This document shows positions 59,173 through 64,000 of a stretch of 64,000 bases of DNA, one piece after another. The number at the start of each line of letters is the position of its first letter. Position 1 is the first letter of the stretch. The translations under genes were made by a program, and so were the position numbers. The stretch comes from Cyanophyceae cyanobacterium (GTDB lineage: Bacteria; Cyanobacteriota; Cyanobacteriia; Cyanobacteriales; JBHJGN01), in the NCBI GenBank assembly GCA_050331735.1, contig JBHJGN010000024.1, forward strand, positions 10,755 to 74,754. The letters are read 5' to 3'. The notes under the pieces were generated by a model. That model was given only the letters and a program-made list of their open reading frames with translations, was not told the origin of the DNA and ran no database searches.

Positions 59173-59931
59173 TTAGGTATCTTTGTGAGTCACTTTTTGG
59201 ACTTGACGAGAACTTTTGGGGGGAATCGGTAAGCCGAGCCGAGCGTGAAAGTCTTTTTGGACTTTCTCGGTGAGGCGAGGAGAAATTTGGCGGACGATCT
59301 GGGTTAAGAGGCGATCGCCTGTTGATTGGATGACCGAGAGAGGCAGTCGGCGAATGAATTGCGGAAAGTGAACGGTAACGCCCAGGCGAAGCTGCCATTC
59401 TACTTGAGTGACTACGGCTGGCGAGGGGATTCTTTGTTGACGAAATACCTTGCTCACGTCGGTCGCGGCAAATTCAGCATTGGTTTCCACCAGCTTCAAG
59501 GCGGCTTGATAGTCAACCTCATACCCGGTTGGCGGTCCCTCGCCGTCAACCGTATGCATCAGGTAAACTCCGTCTTGGGGCGGCTGCAAAACGACGGTAA
59601 TCTGAGGCTCAACCTGATATCCTAAAGCGCCAAATTGCCCGAGAGTCAGCGTATAGCCATTCTCTCCGAGTGGTTCTACCCTCATCGGCTGAGCACAGCG
59701 ACAGAACCAGCCTTCGTGGGCATCGAGATAGTCAGCAACAGTGGGGGCATCACTGTACATCTCCATGTAGCCCTCAAAGAGAGACCGAAAGTGAATTGGT
59801 TCTCCAGGAGGTGAGGACACAACCGACTTCTCCTGAACTGAGTTAGTGATGGCCTCACCTGCAACAGGCTCTGACGCTTGATTTGGATTAGACGGGAAAT
59901 TAACCACTTGAGATTCGATAACGCGATTCAT
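59173..59931 (-). CDS. DUF1997-family protein
   Basis: YLDAHEGWFCRCAQPM, TGDRLL.QIVRQISPRLT.KVQ.DFH. Confidence 0.85.
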   Translation of the reverse strand: MNRVIESQVVNFPSNPNQASEPVAGEAITNSVQEKSVVSSPPGEPIHFRSLFEGYMEMYSDAPTVADYLDAHEGWFCRCAQPMRVEPLGENGYTLTLGQFGALGYQVEPQITVVLQPPQDGVYLMHTVDGEGPPTGYEVDYQAALKLVETNAEFAATDVSKVFRQQRIPSPAVVTQVEWQLRLGVTVHFPQFIRRLPLSVIQSTGDRLLTQIVRQISPRLTEKVQKDFHARLGLPIPPKSSRQVQKVTHKDT

Positions 59932-60121
59932 GGGCAACTGTTTTTTATAGTAGTGAGTTTTTTCAGGCAGTTTTATATCTTTGCCTACCGTTGCCGGGGT
60001 GATGGCGAAGAAGGACAGGCTGAACGGTGGGTTCCTCCAACTTAAGAGCGAGGCTGACAGAAACAAGAAACATTACACTAACGGATCTAAGCAGAAGATA
60101 GAGAAAGGAAGGGGAAATGGT

Positions 60122-60781
60122 ATGAAGGCGTTTGTAGCAGGAGCAACCGGACAAACAGGACGACGGATTGTGCAGGAGTTAGTTAACAAAAATATTCCCG
60201 TGCGGGCGCTGACGCGAGATTTAGAGAAAGGCCAAGAGGTACTGCCTGATACAGTAGAGTTAGTGACAGGTGACGTGCTGAACCCCCAAAGCCTGGAGGG
60301 GGCGATCGCCGACAGCACCGTGCTGCTCAGCGCCACTGGGGCTACTCCAAGCTTTAATCCCACTCTGCCCTATCAGGTAGACTATCAGGGCACCAAAAAT
60401 TTAATTGATGTGGCCAAGGCGAAGGGCATTGAGCAGTTTGTGATGGTTTCTTCTCTGTGTACCTCTAAGTTTTTTCACCCCCTCAATTTGTTTTGGCTAA
60501 TTCTGTACTGGAAGAAACAGGCAGAAGAGTATTTAGCCTCCAGCGGCTTAACCTATACCATCGTTCGTCCTGGTGGTCTTAAAAACGAGGATAATGCCGA
60601 TGCCATCGTTATGTCATCCGCAGATACGCTGTTCGACGGCAGCATTCCGCGCACTAAAGTAGCTCAGGTGTGCGTAGAATCACTTCTTCAAACCGAGGCA
60701 AGAAACAAAATTGTGGAAATTGTTGCCCAGCCAGAAGCCGCGAAACTTAGTTGGGAAGAGTTGTTTGCTCAAGTAGCCTAA
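60122..60781 (+). CDS. Atypical SDR / NAD(P)H-binding oxidoreductase
   Basis: MKAFVAGATGQTG, VDYQGT.NL, YTIVRPGGL. Confidence 0.9.
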   Translation: MKAFVAGATGQTGRRIVQELVNKNIPVRALTRDLEKGQEVLPDTVELVTGDVLNPQSLEGAIADSTVLLSATGATPSFNPTLPYQVDYQGTKNLIDVAKAKGIEQFVMVSSLCTSKFFHPLNLFWLILYWKKQAEEYLASSGLTYTIVRPGGLKNEDNADAIVMSSADTLFDGSIPRTKVAQVCVESLLQTEARNKIVEIVAQPEAAKLSWEELFAQVA

Positions 60782-60785
60782 TGTT

Positions 60786-61095
60786 ATGACTGTCACTATC
60801 AAACGACTGACCTTAACAGAATATCTTGACTACCAAGATGGCGCAGATCAGCGCTATGAATTAGTGAGTGGGGAACTGGTTGAGGAGTCGCCAGAAAGTG
60901 ACATGAATAACCTCATCGCCATGTATCTACATCGGTGTTTTGTCTCAACTTGTACCTATTCAGCGGCTCCGGCGAGGCACAGAAATTATCGTCAGTGGCT
61001 TTCGTACCACGGCACGAGTACCCGGTCTGATGGTAGTGAGTGAAGAGTTAGGGGAAGCTCTCAGAAAAGACAAAATCCGTCTTCACGCACTCTAG
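60786..61095 (+). pseudogene. Frameshifted and truncated Uma2-family gene
   Basis: RYELVSGELVE..PES N-terminus; after ~60945 the homology continues in another frame (VPIQRLRRGTEIIVSG..ARVPGLMVVSEEL) and stops before the VEVVSP/EYWIVD motifs. Confidence 0.8.
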
Positions 61096-61161
61096 AAAGT
61101 GAAAAAATGGGGAACCTGCGCTAGAAAAGTTTTGTTTTAATAGCAGCGGTTTTAACTGTTG

Positions 61162-64000
61162 CTATTCTGATCTCGAACTCCCTCGTCCTGCTAGTTCCTG
61201 CACATTCATCGCCGTCCAGTTTCCGGAGGGAATGAAGGCCGCCCAGTAGAATGGATGACCGTACTCATCACTGTTTAGTAATTCCAATTGCGTTTGGCGC
61301 AATGCCTCACTTCTGCCAGCACCCGTCAGCAACTTTTGATAGTAGCTTGTCATCAAGTCTGTAGTGCCGAAGTCGGAGACATTCCACAGGCTAATTACTT
61401 GGCTTTCTGTGCCCGCAATTACCAAAGCCCGTCGCAAGCCGTAGACTCCCTCGCCATCAACGACTTCTCCGACTCCGGTTGAGCAAGCTGACAGCACGAC
61501 GAGCTTTGTCCCCCACAAGTTAATATTCGTAACCTCTAAGGCAGTCAGTGCGCCGTCTAGTTTACCTTGTGAGGGGTTAAATCCGGCAAGGGCTAAACCA
61601 GAGCGTAGCAGGGGATTTTCTCTCGCAGGTGAGGTTTCTGATATCGCTGTCCCTAACTCTCTAGTAGATTCGTCTGTTGCTTGAGCGGGCAGGAAAAAGC
61701 CGTGGGAGGCAATGTGCAAGAGGCTAGGAGCTTCAACATCTTTAACCATTGCTTCTGTCGCTTCCGATTCGGTAAAGACATTTACTTCTGGCAGTAAGGG
61801 AGCAATGGCTTCAACTTCTTGCTGAGTTCCGGCTAAAGGAGAGCAGCAACTATCTAGGCTTCTTAAATCTGCTGATTGGCGATCGCCCATAGCTAATTCG
61901 GTCTTCTGATTAGACTGCTGGCTATCGGCTTCCGTTTGATAGTCCGGATTCGCCACCACGACAGGAGCTTGCTGCGGAGCCGTCGTGGATTCGAGCTGAA
62001 GCAGATCTCGACCACTGGTGAGATACGTGATGGTGTAGGTTTCTACCAGGTAGCGATCGCTTTCATCCACCAATGCCCCGAAGGGAATCAGGTTCAGTTG
62101 GCTATCGGGCGAAAGCAGCAAGTTATCCGTATCGCCGAGGAGTTGACGCACAGGCTGCATCACTTGCTCGTCAAGGCGGCGGGCCGCTGCTTTGACTTGG
62201 CGACTAGCTCGTTTGCGTAACCCCGCACTTGCTGAAGGAGCTTGAGCAATTTGGCGGCGGAACTCATTAACCAACTGGTTAATCATCTCTGCGTTCCCCA
62301 AATCCACCCATTGCGGCTCGCCTCTCGCTGTCAGCACGTAGGCAGCGTAGCGCGGCGGTCCCCACTGTTCCTCTGGTTGTGTCGCTCTAGGAATAAAAGG
62401 TTCGTAGCGGATAAATTCAACTAAAGCGGCATCGGCGGGAATCTGCGGCTGAATAGCAGCAATCGTGACCGTCTGGGTTTCGCGGCGAAATTCGGCACTA
62501 CGCTGGAAAAGTTGCGTTTCTAAGTCTTCGGCTGCGGTTCTTAGAGTGGCCAGTTGCTCGCGGTATTCTTCACGAGGAGTATCGCCAGCTCCATTGAGTT
62601 CTAGGGCTTGCAGTTGCGCCCGAGTTGCCGCGAGTTTATCTAAGACAGTAACATCTTCTCCAGCGAGACGATCTCGCAGGATGGAATAAGTATCGGCAAC
62701 GGTATCGAGGACGCGACCTTTGCGACGGAGAATAGTCGTGAGAGCGAGGCGGGCTGCCTGAAAGTTATCGGGGGCTTGTTGCAGGTGGATGGAGATGGTG
62801 GCATCGGTGGTGCCAGAAAAGGTAGCTAGGAAAGCGCGTTTTTGGGCTTCCGTCCCGGCTATCAGATTGAGACTGAGGTTTTTCTCTTCTACATCGGTTC
62901 CGCGAGACAAAAATTCTAAAGCGCGAGAGATATTGTTCTGGTTTTGGTAAAGGTTAGCCAGGTTATTGAGGCTAAGGGCAACTTTAGGATGCTCGTCTGC
63001 AAACAGCCGTTGATGCATGGCTAAAGCTTCGCTATAGAGGGGTTCTGCTTTGCTGTATTCCCCTCGGGCTTCGTGCAGGGCAGCCAAATTGGTAAGACTG
63101 ATGGCAATATCGGGGTGATCTCCCTCGTACAGCCGCTGCCTCATGGTGAGAGCTTGAGTGTGTAGCGGTTCAGCTTCGCTATATCTCTCTTGAGAAGTGT
63201 AAAGGAGGGCCAAATTGTTGAGACTGGTGGCCACATCAGGATGGTCCCCCTCATGCAGTCGCCTCCTCATGGCTAAAGCTTGAGTGTAAAGGGGGTCAGC
63301 TTCGCTATATCTGCCTCGGGCTTGATAAAAGCCAGCCAGATTGTTGAGACTGGTGGCCACCTTGGGATGATCCCCCTCGAATAGCCGCTGCCACATTGCC
63401 AGGGCTTGGTTAGACAAGTCTTCGGCTTCACGATATCTGCCCTGGGATAGATGCAAGAAGGCCAGATTATTGAGGCTGGTAGCGACTAAGGGGTGGTCCC
63501 CTTCAAAGAGCCGCTGCCACATCGCCAGGGCTTGGGTGTACAGCGGTTCAGCTTCGCTATATCTCCCTTGAGCTTCGTACAGAGTAGCGAGGTTATTCAT
63601 GCTGCTGGCAACGTTAGGGTGGTCCCCTTCAAAGAGCCGCTGCCACATCGCCAGGGCTTGGTTAGATAAGTCTTCGGCTTCGCCGTATCTCCCTTGAGAC
63701 TCGTACAGGGTGGCGAGGTTATCGAGGTTGATAGCAATGTTGGGGTGGTCGCCCTCAAAGAGTCGCTGCCACATCGTCAGGGCTTGGGTGTACAGCGGTT
63801 CAGCTTCGCCGGATCGGCCTTGGTTGTCGTAGAGGGAAGCGAGGTTATTGAGGCTGAGAGCAATGTTAGGATGGTCGCCCTCAAACAGCCGTTGCCACAT
63901 CGCCAGGGCTTGAGTGTACAGGGGTTCAGCTTGGCGATATTTGCCTTGGTCTTTATACAATCCAGCCAGGTTATTAAGACTGGTGGCAACGTCGGGATGA
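61162..64000 (-). CDS. TPR (42-aa kinesin-light-chain-type repeats) + CHAT domain protein, 5'-truncated by window edge
   Basis: Repeated HP.VA.SLNNLA.LY..QGRY.EAEPLY..AL; HIASHG, LSACST, HPFYWAAF. Confidence 0.95.
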   Translation of the reverse strand, partial: HPDVATSLNNLAGLYKDQGKYRQAEPLYTQALAMWQRLFEGDHPNIALSLNNLASLYDNQGRSGEAEPLYTQALTMWQRLFEGDHPNIAINLDNLATLYESQGRYGEAEDLSNQALAMWQRLFEGDHPNVASSMNNLATLYEAQGRYSEAEPLYTQALAMWQRLFEGDHPLVATSLNNLAFLHLSQGRYREAEDLSNQALAMWQRLFEGDHPKVATSLNNLAGFYQARGRYSEADPLYTQALAMRRRLHEGDHPDVATSLNNLALLYTSQERYSEAEPLHTQALTMRQRLYEGDHPDIAISLTNLAALHEARGEYSKAEPLYSEALAMHQRLFADEHPKVALSLNNLANLYQNQNNISRALEFLSRGTDVEEKNLSLNLIAGTEAQKRAFLATFSGTTDATISIHLQQAPDNFQAARLALTTILRRKGRVLDTVADTYSILRDRLAGEDVTVLDKLAATRAQLQALELNGAGDTPREEYREQLATLRTAAEDLETQLFQRSAEFRRETQTVTIAAIQPQIPADAALVEFIRYEPFIPRATQPEEQWGPPRYAAYVLTARGEPQWVDLGNAEMINQLVNEFRRQIAQAPSASAGLRKRASRQVKAAARRLDEQVMQPVRQLLGDTDNLLLSPDSQLNLIPFGALVDESDRYLVETYTITYLTSGRDLLQLESTTAPQQAPVVVANPDYQTEADSQQSNQKTELAMGDRQSADLRSLDSCCSPLAGTQQEVEAIAPLLPEVNVFTESEATEAMVKDVEAPSLLHIASHGFFLPAQATDESTRELGTAISETSPARENPLLRSGLALAGFNPSQGKLDGALTALEVTNINLWGTKLVVLSACSTGVGEVVDGEGVYGLRRALVIAGTESQVISLWNVSDFGTTDLMTSYYQKLLTGAGRSEALRQTQLELLNSDEYGHPFYWAAFIPSGNWTAMNVQELAGRGSSRSE

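Overview
A 64-kb chromosomal segment from a cyanobacterium. The evidence is dense HIP1 octamers (GCGATCGC), psbK, a psbA remnant, PEP-CTERM proteins, CHAT/TPR proteins and heptameric GGGGAAA tandem repeats. Housekeeping genes (proA, folB, ubiD, tRNA-Asn, map, class I aldolase, psbK, fetAB-like, GST) are interleaved with accessory blocks. Highlights: (i) a 1034-aa fusion of a HAD phosphatase and a 2-phosphoglycerate-kinase-like domain, transcribed divergently from a TreS-maltokinase fusion whose kinase motifs are degenerate (HGD>HGK, DFE>DFK); (ii) three tandem secreted PEP-CTERM amidases, preceded by a decayed fourth copy and followed by an orphan psbA 3' end with a terminator; (iii) an orphan Dnd-associated-type SF2 helicase flanked by two small ORFs missing from the ORF track; (iv) a candidate four-way-junction RNA interrupted by a 21-nt insert; (v) two TACCA...TGGTA MITE families with TTA/TAA flanks, plus other modular repeats, one of them in frame with a histidine kinase ORF. 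All calls come from motifs read by eye; no database searches were run.
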